Origin: Octopus vulgaris
Lineage: Eukaryota
NCBI GenBank assembly: GCA_951406725.2
Contig: OX597822.1
Location: 84,382,001-84,446,000 of the forward strand
Reading direction: 5' to 3'
Length of the DNA: 64,000 nt
Shown here: positions 12,766-24,604 of the stretch, in pieces
Numbering within the stretch: position 1 is the first letter of the stretch
Layout of the letters: each line of letters opens with the position of its first letter
Program-made: the position numbers and the translations under genes
Notes under the pieces: generated by a model
Seen by the model: only the letters and a program-made list of their open reading frames with translations
Databases searched by the model: none
Told to the model about the DNA's origin: nothing

Positions 12766-14451
12766 ACTGCAGCAATATCCTGCAAAAAAGCATGCATTTC
12801 TCTCTCTCTCTCAAGTCACATCAATCACTACAAGAAGCCTGTTATATGATCCTTGTTTGATCAGACTCTTTTTCCAGGAGAATTTCAGTTTGGTCAATAG
12901 GAGTAGAACAACCATCATATGTAGGTGGGTAGGTTGATGGTTAGGGTATCTGGCTTACAATTGTAAGCTCACGAGTTCGATTTCCAGAGGAATGTTGTGT
13001 CCTTGAGCAAGACACTTTATTTCCCATTGCTCCAGTCCACTCAGATAGCAAACATGAGTTGTAGTCATAATACAAAGGATGGGGGGGGCAGCCTTGTCAC
13101 ATTCTGTGTCACACTGAATCTCCCTGAGAACTACGTTTGTCTGTGGAGTGCTCAACCACTTGCATGTTAATTTGACAAACAGGTTCTTCAGTTGATCAGA
13201 TCAACTGGAAGCCTCGTCATCATAACCAATGGAGTGCCAGTTATAAGCATCATAGAACCTGGCCTCAACATGTCTGGTGAGTGGCCAAGCAGTGAATTTC
13301 ATACAATAATATTGATTCAACAGTGGCACAGAAGTTTCTCCTAAGATCATCTGATACTGAGGACTTCCGGCTATGTTACATATTATTATAGTGAGTATTG
13401 AAAAATAAACAAGAAATAATTATGGAGAGAGGAATAAAGAGCATACAGGTCAATAATGATTGGGTGGGGGAGAAGTATGCCAATTAATATACAATCTTGT
13501 ACATATTTTCTTGCTGATTCTCTTACTATTTCTGTAAGTACAGGTGAAAATTATAGCACAGAATTAAGAATGGAGCTGTTAAGGATTCTTAGCACCAACT
13601 TATGGTCAACCTTGACAAAGCAGATTTATAGTTACAAGTATGGCCAGTATGATCATCCTGCTTTTTTTATTTCCTTTATTGGAAGCAATGCAATCAAAAC
13701 CAAATATCCAACATGTCAGTACTCCTTTAAAATAGTAAGTAGGGTGTGTTTTGAGGGAGGTTTGGCTGCAATTTCTAATAAGGCTCATGACCATAGCTCC
13801 ATATCCAAGCTACTATCAGGTGGACATACAATCGTAATTGTGAAAACTGGACACATAACTCCGATTGTGGATGCTGCAAACAACTACAGCCTGAAAACTG
13901 GACATACATAACCACTATTCTTTTACTTGTTTCAGTCATTTGACTGCGGCCATGCTGGAGCACCACCTTTCGTCGAACAAATCGACCCCCCAGGACTTAC
14001 TCTTTGTAAGCCTAGTACTTTTTTTATCAGTTTCTTTTGCCGAACCGCTATACATCAGTTGTGTTTGGGGGGACAAATACAGACACACACGTAAAAAGCA
14101 CCATTAGTGCGTGATCGTTACCAGCGTCGTCTTACTAGAACTTGTGCCGGTGGCACGTGAAAAGATATTCGAGCGAGGTCGTTTCCAGTGCCGCTGGACT
14201 GGCTCATGTGTAGGTGGCACGTAAAAAACACAATTTGAGCGTGGCCGTTGCCAGTACCGCCTGACTGGCCCTCATGCCGGTGGCACGTAAAAGCACCCAC
14301 TACACTCTCGGAGTGGTTGGCGTTAGGAAGGGCATCAAGCTGTAGAAACTCTGCCAGATCAAGATTGGAGCCTGGTGCAGCCATCTGGTTCGCCCGTCCT
14401 CAGTCAAATTGTCCAACCCATGCCAGCATAGAAAGCAGACGTTAAACGATG

Positions 14452-14483
<32 letters not shown>

Positions 14484-14764
14484 ATATACGACGGGCTTCT
14501 TTCAGTTTCTACCAAATCCACTCACAAAGCTTCGGTCGCCCAAGTGGGACTAAACCCAGAACTATGTGGTTGGGAAGTAAGCTTCTTACCACACAGCCAC
14601 GCCTGCGTCTATATTGAAAACTGGACAAGTAACTAGTTTATTGAAAACTTGGTTCCGCGTTCAGTCCCACTGTATGGGACCTTCAGCGAGTGCCTTCTAT
14701 TATAGCCTCGAGCCGACCAAAGCCGTTTGAATGGATTTAGTAGACGGAAACTGAAAGAAGCTCG

Positions 14765-14804
<40 letters not shown>

Positions 14805-15408
14805 ACACACACACATACATGTCACATCACTGCTTAACGACCGGTGTTGTCTTTATGTCCCCGTCACTTAGCGGTTCCACAAAAGAATCCGATAGAACAG
14901 GTACTATTCTTTAAAAGAAAATAGTTCTGGGATCAATGTTTCACTAAAATTCCTCAAAGCGGTGCACCAGCATGGTCGCAGTCTAATGATTGAAACAAGA
15001 TAAAATATGTATTATGGTCAAGTTCTGTTGTATACATTACATAAGCGAGTCTTATTACATAACAATATTAAAACTGAACACGACAATTATATTAAAACAA
15101 TATACAGCTACTATATTGAAAACTGGGCATATATAAATATGTATGGAATTATTCGATTACCAAGTATCTAGAAACTAATTAAGAAGTTAATTAAGGCAAT
15201 CTTCTACTAATTAATTATTATACGAGATGAAAAGTGTTGCGAAAGGTCAGATGTCTTCCCTTCCTCAAGACATACGAACATGTCCCAGTTTATGAACTTT
15301 CTCAAAACAATACTAGTTTCATAACAGCTGACAACTTGTGTCAGCAAGCTAGTTACGAGTCGATCAGATGTTATTGCAGAAATTTAATTTCGTCAATAAG
15401 ACACAAAC

Positions 15409-15590
15409 CTGTAGATGTTTTCATTCTCTGGTATAACTTCACTAAAATGTAAAGCAGATGTTCTGGCTTTCCAATGCCATTTTTTTGCCGGTAACTTGAA
15501 AACGCAACATTTAGGTATGTTTGTGGCTAAATAATCAATCAATTGTTTATGAGAACCGCCGTAAAAGGCCTCCAACAAAATTATAGTCAT
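15409..15590 (-). CDS. GTDC1: GTDC1/QTMAN (tRNA-queuosine alpha-mannosyltransferase) coding exon 1
   Basis: ATG at 15590; MTIILLEAFYGGSHKQL...LPAKKWHWKARTSALHF matches the GTDC1 N-terminus (EAFYGGSHKQL, LPAKKWHWRARTSAL); donor AG|GTTTGT at 15408; 182 nt. Confidence 0.95.
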
Positions 15591-15732
15591 TGTGTAATAA
15601 ATAGGAACAGTGTGTCAGCATATGATCCGCTGTATTCAACAGCAAAAACTATCCGGTGTATTAAAACATTTTGAAATTACAAGCTCCGACACTCACATGG
15701 GGAAAACTGAAAATCAAAACATGATATAATTA

Positions 15733-15776
15733 ACTTCCGGCGGGAAAGAGTTACATCCGGGTTACCAGACGCCAAT
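15733..15776. promoter_or_regulatory. Probable GTDC1 proximal promoter motifs (ETS, E2F-like, CCAAT)
   Basis: ACTTCCGG overlapping GGCGGGAAA, ACATCCGG and CCAAT clustered 140-190 bp upstream of the ATG in a CpG-retaining stretch. Confidence 0.45.
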
Positions 15777-16302
15777 TAAGACAAGGCACTTGTGGAACTT
15801 TTTAATTAATATTTGGGAATATTTGTGAAGCTGAGCTGTGACTAATTAACTCTGATATTTTCGAATTTCTAATCAATGAAAGGAGAAAGATTATCGATGT
15901 CATAAAAACAAAAACAAAGTATTAAATCGTCAAATATATTTTATGCCCGTGTTAAAAAAAACATCGATTAAATAATAAACAACGTTGTTGCTGATGCAAA
16001 TTTAGTGCTGCTTTTTATTTGGTGGGTGATATTTAGCAAGGAGGGATTCGATTTGATAAAAATAGAATTCAGTTTTGAAAATTACAATAAAAATAATCAT
16101 GTCTTTAAAATTTAAATGCAAAAACCAAATAATAATTTTTGTAGCCTACACACACATACCTGAAAACACATACACATTCACACACCTACAAATATACGTA
16201 TACATGCATATTCATACACATCCCGCACGACAGCATGAGTTAAAAGTTCGCTGTATCTCTCTCACAAACTAATTTATCAAACAGAGCTCGCTAATTCGTG
16301 GC

Positions 16303-16376
16303 GGCTCCATAGCTCAGTTGGTTAGAGCGCCAGTCTAGTAAACTGGAGGTCGAGGGTTCGAATCCCCCTGGAGCCT
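16303..16376 (+). tRNA. tRNA-Thr (anticodon AGT)
   Basis: GGCTCCA/TGGAGCC acceptor stem, D arm GCTC..GAGC, anticodon arm CCAGT-CT-AGT-AA-ACTGG, T loop GGTTCGAATCC, followed by T-runs. Confidence 0.96.
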
Positions 16377-16380
16377 TGGC

Positions 16381-16394
16381 TTTTGCACTTTTTT
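16381..16394 (+). terminator. RNA polymerase III terminator T-tracts of tRNA-Thr
   Basis: TTTT and TTTTTT immediately 3' of the tRNA. Confidence 0.7.
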
Positions 16395-16846
16395 ATAATA
16401 TTCTTATATTGAATATATTAATATCAAGTAGTATTGGTTTCGTCTTACATACTTTCTGCAATCATATTCCTTGTCACACCTGAAACTTTTTTTGTTGTTC
16501 TTTCACTCGTCATTGACATTTTGCCGTTCTGAGCACACACTCGATCCCCAGAGCTTGTATTACTTATTTTGTCGATCTCTAATAATCGAATTGCCAAGTT
16601 ACACGACATATAGGGACACAACATAGTCAGCTTTAATTTTTCGACTTTAATCTTACGCGCTTTAATCTTAATAAAGCTCAGTTCATTTAATCTTATTAAG
16701 GCCATGAATAACTCCATTCTGTAAACAGCAACACTTGCAATGAGTTTAATTACAAAGGATATACAATTATCATTTCGGGGAGTATTTAATCTTCCCTTCA
16801 GAGATAAAAACGTTTAAATATTTACATTTATAATTGTTTCATATTT

Positions 16847-17040
16847 TAGCGCAAGGCCAGCAATTTCGGGCAAGTCGATTACATCGACCCCAGTGCTCAA
16901 CTGTTACTTATTTCATCGAGTCCGAAAGGATGAAAGGCAAAGTCGACGCCGGCGGAATTTGAACTCGGAACGTAATAAGTCAGAAGAAATGCTGGTAAGC
17001 CTTTTGTCCGGTGAGCTAACCATTCGGCCAGCTCGCCATC
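16847..17040 (-). mobile_element. tRNA-derived SINE family B
   Basis: Reverse complement of GGCGAGCTGGC...GAGTTCAAATTCCGCCG..GTCGACTTTGCCTTTCATCCTTTCGG. Confidence 0.85.
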
Positions 17041-17734
17041 TTTAGAATCCGTATCGAATGATTCTATCTCCTATTGTCATGAGGTATATGTGCAACGTAC
17101 TATACAGAATTCGAACGCAAAAATCTTTATTCTTAAACTAAAGATAGCAGCGCTCTTATCCACTCGACCACAAGCATACGCATTCAATCTTATTTACACA
17201 TCGAAGTATTATAATCTGCTTGGTAATAAATAATCAGAAATCGCATTGGTCCAGTTATAAGAGACTTAAGCTTTTTACTTGTTTCAGCTACGACCATGCT
17301 GGGGCACTGCCTTTTTTTAAAGCTAAGTAATATTCTGTCGGTTTCTTTTGTCGGACCGCTAGAGTGATAAGTTACAGGGTCGTAAACAAACCTCATGCGG
17401 AGGTGAGGGACAAACTCAGACATACATAGATACATTTGTATAATATTTATGTGTGTGTGTATATATATATATATATACATGTGTATATATATATATACAC
17501 GCATGCATGCATACATACATACATACATGCATACATACATACATACATACATACATACATACATACATACATACGTACGTACGTACGTATACACATTTAC
17601 ACATTGAATGAGAGAGGGGAGATGGAGAAACTGACATACAGAGAGAGATTGTGTGTTAAGCGCACACAATCGAGAGTGTGTGTGAGAAAGAGAAGCAGAC
17701 AGATTGTATGTGTGTGAGAGAGAAAGCAATACTC

Positions 17735-17938
17735 AAGGCGCAAGGCTCAAAATTTGGGAGGGGTGAGGGATCCAGTCGATCAGATTGACCCTAGTGCGTA
17801 ACTGGTACTTAATTTATCAACCCTGAAAGGATGAAAAGCAAAGTTGACCTCGGCGGAATTTGAACTCAGAACTAACGGCAGACGAAATACGGCTACGCAT
17901 TTCGCCCGGCGTGGTAACGTTTCTGCCAGCTCGCCGCC
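17735..17938 (-). mobile_element. tRNA-derived SINE family B, well preserved copy
   Basis: Same family; further copies near 715, 3590, 6310, 6545, 11005-11365, 29445, 33457, 33684, 47370, 59480, 60170, 62925. Confidence 0.88.
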
Positions 17939-20900
17939 TTAGAGAGAAAGCAATATTGAAAATTCATTGAAATGAATGATAAAGCATTGAGTTATCTCCC
18001 TTCGCCTGACATAAAATGTAGTGTCGAAAAATATTGTTTTAATAAGAGAAAAGATTTACTATGTTGACAATAAAAAATTACAACTATACGTAGTTATTCT
18101 GTTGGTAATATGAGCATCTCTAGTTTCTACAGAGGTTCATACCCCACTAGTAAAAAGGCAGCTGGTTGCTATGTAGAAGAAAACGGTAATCTGAGTCCAG
18201 ATGAGCTCGATTTCTGTTAGAAGACTGCGAAGATTTAAGTCGCACGAAGCCAAATGAAACTGCTTCAAATAATAATATATGTAGAAGAAAACAAAATACT
18301 TTCAGTGCTAAAACATCCTTCATTAAATGAGTTTTGCACAGTATCGGCAATGCTAAATCCCTAGTGTCAATTTACACGAACCGAAACCCAAAGATATGTT
18401 GTGGTGATGGTGGGGGAGCTAGAGAGAGATTCATCAGAGACACATTGTGTGCAAGTAGATTGGCAAAGGTAATGAAGGGGGAATGGAATGTAAAGGGTGG
18501 TGAACATGGGTGGACGGAGGGAGGGGTATTAGGAAGGTGAGTTGCAGGGACGTGAATAGTGTGTCTTTAGGAGCACTTTGGTGGATGGGTCACCTGTTTT
18601 AATTATTTAAATTCTTCTGAGGAAGGAGCTGGTCTCCAACAAAGATACAAAGCTCCATCGTAGGAATGGAAATAACGAAAACAATGTCACATTTTAATTT
18701 TGAGAAAAGTCTCACACATCCTTATTGTTCCACTGACTGATTGTATTTGCAATGGGAGAGTTAGTAGGTTGATTTCTTTTTCTCAAAATCCAAGCTCACC
18801 CAGATTGAAAGTTAAGCATTTGTGTATGTGTGTGTGTGTATGTGCATTTAATGCTTGTACAAGGTTTCTGTCCCCCAAATTCCACTCACAAGGCTTTGGT
18901 CAATCTAAAGCACCAGCAGAAAATAGGCACAAAATATTGTGCTATTTAACAGAAACTACAACCACCGCATGGCTGAGTAACAAACATGTTAACCACATGG
19001 ATAAACATGTAGCTGAGTATTTCTCCCTAAATTTGGGGGCTGAAACATGATTCACTTCCAGAAGGGAACTGGTTGGAGATGATTTGCTGAGACTCATTTG
19101 GGGCAGATTGTTTCCTTTTGTTGTTGCTATTGTTGTTGTTGTTGCTGTTGTTGTTGTTGTTGTGGTGGTGGTGGTGGTGGCGGTGGTGGTTTTGGTGGTG
19201 AAAGTTGTTTTTGTTGCTGTTGCTGACGTAGTGGTGAGTTGTTGTTGTCGCTGTTGTTTAGCTGCTGGCAAACCTCAATCAAGCGGACCTATGATCAAAG
19301 GTAATCCAGCCATGACCACCTTGCCTTTGTTTCAAGTACAGTAGGTTGTGGTATGAGAGAGAGAGGTCTTGCTGCTATTTCTAGCATAGGCTCCTTCATT
19401 CTTCCACGTTGTGCAGAGATAGTAACAATGTAGTTGAGACAGAGGTGAAAGGTCAAGATTACAGATAAAGATGATATCCGTTCTTACCTAAAGAAAGGTA
19501 GCAACCAGAGTCTGTCCTTTATATTATCTGCACCCCCACCCGACCCCTCTTCCACACCTGTCTTCAATGACCCATAACACAATGCTGATAACAATGATAA
19601 AGAAATGATAACTGCTTTATATTATCATGAACTCGGAATTTTGTCAGTGAACAGGTCACGGTCTCAAAGCCACGAAAATATTTTGACAAATTAAATTTAA
19701 ATGTTGAAGTGAATCTAATGGTTTTTGTGTGTTTCTTAAATGGCTTATAAACACTTTCCACACTGCAACTGTTTTCATTCCAGCACACGATCTCACATCA
19801 GGTCACTTGCTATGCAAGTACATCTCCGTAATTTTTTAATCACTTACTAAGAATATTTGCACATAAGTTGGCAAAGTGACAGAAAGAGAAAGCATGGAAT
19901 TAGAACAACTTCTTGAGATCAGCCATTACCACCTCAGTCCATGTCTTCTTTGATCTTCGTCTTTGATTATTCTTCCACTTGAGTTACCTAGTATTTCACT
20001 CACCTATTTAGGGCAGGTTGTTGTTTTTGTTGTTGTTGTGGTGGTGGTGGTGGTGGTCCATATTTACTACATGTTCACACCAACACATTTGTCAATCTTG
20101 CACACTACAGCTTATTCCTCTTATGCATAGTTTTTTTTTTCTCGGCTTATCTATGTTTTCTTTATACCAAGTCAAGTCAGGTATGGAGGCCTGCACCATT
20201 GCAGTGCATCACTGCACTCACCATTTGTTGGTATTTTGTCAGGTCATCACAGGCAGGACCAGCTCAAGGTACTGACAACTCGGACAGTTTACCAGGTTGC
20301 CATCTGCTTTTTAGTCTACATTTTCTGTTTTTCTCCTTGTGAAAATTTAAAAAATTATACTTGTAAGGGCGCTGAAGTTCAGCTTGCCCAGGGCACCAGA
20401 AACCCTAGGGCCAGCCCTGATCACAAGCAACCCTCCAAATAGTATCCCAGTCAGTTCCCATCTCCACAAGATACTTCTTCATCTACCATGACCATCCAGT
20501 GGTTCATATCACTTCATTTCTTTCCAGCCTTCACAATCCTCTACCTTTAGTGCTCATGTCTTTCTACCATCCAGTATCACAGTTCATACACATGCATCAT
20601 ACTATCAATCTTTCACAGTTGTTTCCTGACTAAATAAGTTACAAGTGAACAAAACTTATGATAAAGCTTTGAAACTTATTATATGTTGAAAGCATAATGA
20701 TATTTGTTAGACAGCTGATGAAGGATGTATACATTCGATTGCTTATTGACTGTCAACCATTTTGTATCTTGTATTTTTGAAAGTATAAGTTCTCCTTCAT
20801 TGAAATGTTAGTTCTGATAGGGCTGAACTTACTTAGGGGTTCTTAGTTTCTCAGTTTATGGTGATATCCTTGTATATTTTATTCCAAAACATTGATGTTG

Positions 20901-22120
20901 CATGGTTGTCCTTCATAGGAATTCTAATTTGGTAAAGTTAATAATTGTTTAAGAATTTCTAGTTTATGGATATTTTGTCACACACACACACACACACACA
21001 CTTTTCATCCTTTATCTGGGGGACCACCTTGAAGAATTTTAGCTGAATAAATCAACCCCAGTATTCATCTTCTTTTAAGCCTGGTGCTTATTTTATCAGT
21101 CTCTCTTCCTGAACTGCTAAGTTACAGGGACATAAAAACACCAACACCAGTTATCAAGCAATGGTGGAGGATACACACAGACATAAACACACATGGTATC
21201 TACTTTGTCCATAAATGGTGGGTTGCGTGTATCTTTGATAAAATCAAAATGGAGTGTGAAACAACAGACTTTGAAATGCTCTGCAATAGACAAAAAAAAA
21301 CCCCACTTGTCCTAGCTGCTATTCAGTTGTGAAGTGAATTTTGTAACTATATGGCATGTGTGGTAGGGTTGTGTATGTGTGAGTATAGGTAGATACTCTC
21401 ACCCACTCACTTATATGTGTATGTACATTCACACACACACAAGTTTGTATGTACATGAAGCAATACTTTATAATCCTTTATGTTGGGTCAAACATAACAA
21501 TTAAAAGGAAGAGGACATCAGAAACGGTTTCTAACAGCCTTCTCTCAGCCTATTCTTTAGAAAATGAAAGAAAAAATGTAAGGTAGTTTCATTTCTCACC
21601 TGAGAAAAAGTCAGGTGAGAGAGATTGGTAGAAGAGAGAAAGAGGGAGAAGTTTTGAATTTTTTTTTATATTTGTAAGACTAATTAATCTTTGTACCACA
21701 AGGAAGTATTTATAACAGCTGAGAAAAGTGAACTGGCTAATTAATCTGATAATCACTAATTGATAAAATATAATAATAAGCAAACAGAGTAATGTTCAGT
21801 TTATCTTGAGGCAAATTAGCAGAGAGAGAAACAGACAGACAGAGATAGACAGAGAGAGTGGGAGTCAAAGGGAGGCAGTGGAATGAACATCTATGTCTGT
21901 GCCATTCTTTATTTACACCTCTTTTGTATGATGTATGTTGTGTGTACAAATAGATGAACAACTGCTAATGCACCGTCCCAGTCACAATGGTGAAACATAT
22001 GTAGGGATAAAAGATATAAACTGTTTTGAATGAAAAAATGAAAAAGTAAGGAATCCATTTCTTAACTTCAGAACCAAGGTGTTATGTGGAATCAATTAAA
22101 AATAGAAAAGAAATGAAATT

Positions 22121-22239
22121 TATTCTGTTGTGTCTGGGGAGAGTCATTCTCTTTTAGTGCCTTATAATTTAACACACTCACCGGTAAAATTTCCACTTGG
22201 CACTAAAAGAGAATGACTCTCCTCAGACACAACAGAATA
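22121..22239. repeat. Inverted repeat, 41-bp arms, 37-nt spacer
   Basis: TATTCTGTTGTGTCTGGGGAGAGTCATTCTCTTTTAGTGCC and its reverse complement at 22199-22239 with one mismatch. Confidence 0.9.
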
Positions 22240-24499
22240 TGCTTCAACACACAAACTCACATATAGAATCTTGCAAACCAAATCCAAAAACGAAATGAAA
22301 TTTAGATAAATTAAATAATATCTGAGTTCACATCCTGCTGAGACCAACCTTGTTTTTCATGCCTTCAGGGCCAAGAAAATACAGTTGCAGTCAAATACTG
22401 GAATCAGTGTAGTTGTCTTGTTGACTTCCTTTCATAAATCGCTGGCTTTTATTCTTGCAATGGACCAGCATGCCACCATTCAAAGAAACACTGTGACCTT
22501 GGTCTCTTATATGGCATGGAATCTGGGTAAGTGGCTTCATGAGTTCTTGGAGATGAGAAGAAAAAGATTAAAAAATGATAAACTATAGACTGGGGAACGA
22601 ATGAGAGAGAGAGAGACAGACAGACAGACAGTGATTGATCTGTAAACAGATAATCATCATCTTCATCATCATTTAACATCCGTTTTCCATGCTAGCATGG
22701 GTTAGATAATTTAACCGAGAACTGGCGAACCAGATGGCTGCACCAGGCTCCATTCTTGATCTGGCAGAGTTTCTACAGCTGGATGTCCTTCCTAATGCCA
22801 ACCACTCAAGAGTGTAGTGGGTGCTTTTACGTGCCACCGGATAAACAAAAATAGATAGTATAGACAGAAAGAGGAAAGATGGATGGATAGATAGAGGCAG
22901 ACAGATTGAAAGATAAGTAAAAGTGTTGAAGGTGATAGGTTTAAGGTTTATAAATAAGTAGATGGATACAAAAGCTCGAACGGTGCATAAGCTACAAAAT
23001 AACCATATATATATAGAATGATTTACAACTGGGTGTTTTTTACATGGCACCAGCACCAGTGAGGTTGCCAAGTACCCACAAGGTAAGACCCCTGAACTAA
23101 GTGGGGTATGGACTGGAGGAATAAGAAACTATGATAGGGGAAGAGGGGCAGGTGTCTTGCTGAAGAGATGAATACATGGCTTGATCACCTGGAAAGCGAG
23201 GGAGATTCAAAGAGATGCAAAGTCCAGATACAACATAAATGTGAAACAGAATAGGATAGAAGAGCAGAAAAGGTGAATGTGCAGGTAAGAGCAGGGGGGT
23301 GAAGATTGTGTGAGAGATTATTAGAGATGGCAAATGAGTTGGATGCAGAGGCTGCTAGTTCTGTGTAGGGAGGAAGTGTCAAACCCCATCCTTAACCTGC
23401 TTCCTCCATCTGTGGGGATAACAAGTTTTGCTCCCCCAGTTAGTCTCCTGCATATCACAGGCTTTTAGTGAGGACTTGAAACAGTCCTTAAATCGCAGCC
23501 TTGGTTTCTGCCGGGGTCTCTTTCCACTAACAAGTTCCTCATATAGCATCTGTTTAAGGAAAAGTGATGGAAAAGTGGTTATCAGAAGACGAAAGTATGT
23601 ATTTTTACATGTGCTTCATAATAAAGCATTAGTTGGGTATAGAGTGTAATATGAAACTAAATAAATGGCACAGGAACAGGAAATTAGACAAAGTACTTCA
23701 TGAGCTTGCAGTGATCTTACAGAGATCTTTTCAGATACGTAAACATTTTCCCATATAAACTTGTTCTTCATTTTGGAAACTCAAAGGAAGCTATCAGGTG
23801 ATACACAAGCGCTCAGCTCTGAGTCCTTGTGCATCTTCTTAACAGAAGCAGCTGTAAGCTAAAGACAGTCATTCCATGATTTCCTGCTCCTTTATCATTT
23901 ATCGAATTTCATGTTATACCCGGTATCCAACCAATGCTTTATTCTGAAGCATTAAGAATATCATTGAGTCCTAACAGCAGGTTATTAGTATCACTATGCG
24001 TAAGTGAAATAAACTTTATCCTCCTCATCATCATCATTTAATGTCCACTTTCCATACTGGCATGGGTTGGACAGTTTGACTGAGGGCTTGCAAGCCAGAA
24101 GGCCATGCCAGGCTCCAATCTGATCTAGCAAGGTTTCAACAGCTGGATGCCTTTCCTAATGCCAACCACTCTGAGAGTGTAGTCGGTGCTTATGTGCCAC
24201 CAGCACAAGGGCCAGTCAGGCAGTACTGGCATCAGCCATGCTCAAATGATGCTTTTTAAATGCCACAGGAGCCAGTCAGGTGGTACTGGCAATGATCACA
24301 CTCAAATGGCACTTTTAACACTCTGTTGGCATGGGTACCAATCAGGCGGTACTGTCATTGGCCATGATAACCATTTCATTTGCCTCAACAGGTCTTCAAA
24401 AGCAAGACCCAGCAAGCCAAGTGAGGCCATAACCGTGGCCTATGCCAGTGCTGCATAACCAGCCCATTTCATACATATGTGTATATGTATGTATGTATG

Positions 24500-24545
<46 letters not shown>

Positions 24546-24604
24546 TACATAGATGCATACATGCACACACACACACACACACATACACACACATATATAC
24601 ATAT

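Noticed and set aside
13456-13911. 151-aa plus-strand ORF in GTDC1 intron 1
   Set aside because: No recognisable domain, overlaps repeat fragments, no convincing gene structure
17190-17729. Long ORFs rich in YI/CV/HT (also 31459-31799, 32304-32886, 56622-57162, 63431-63753)
   Set aside because: Translations of (TA)n, (CA)n and (TACA)n microsatellites
18942-19344. Thr-rich and Val-rich ORFs resembling mucin or membrane proteins
   Set aside because: Produced by (GTT)n/(GGT)n trinucleotide repeats
20713-20820. CTGATGAAGG...CCTTCATTGAAATG hammerhead-like remnant
   Set aside because: Stems I and III cannot be formed convincingly; probably a decayed Penelope-like fragment, too degenerate to call
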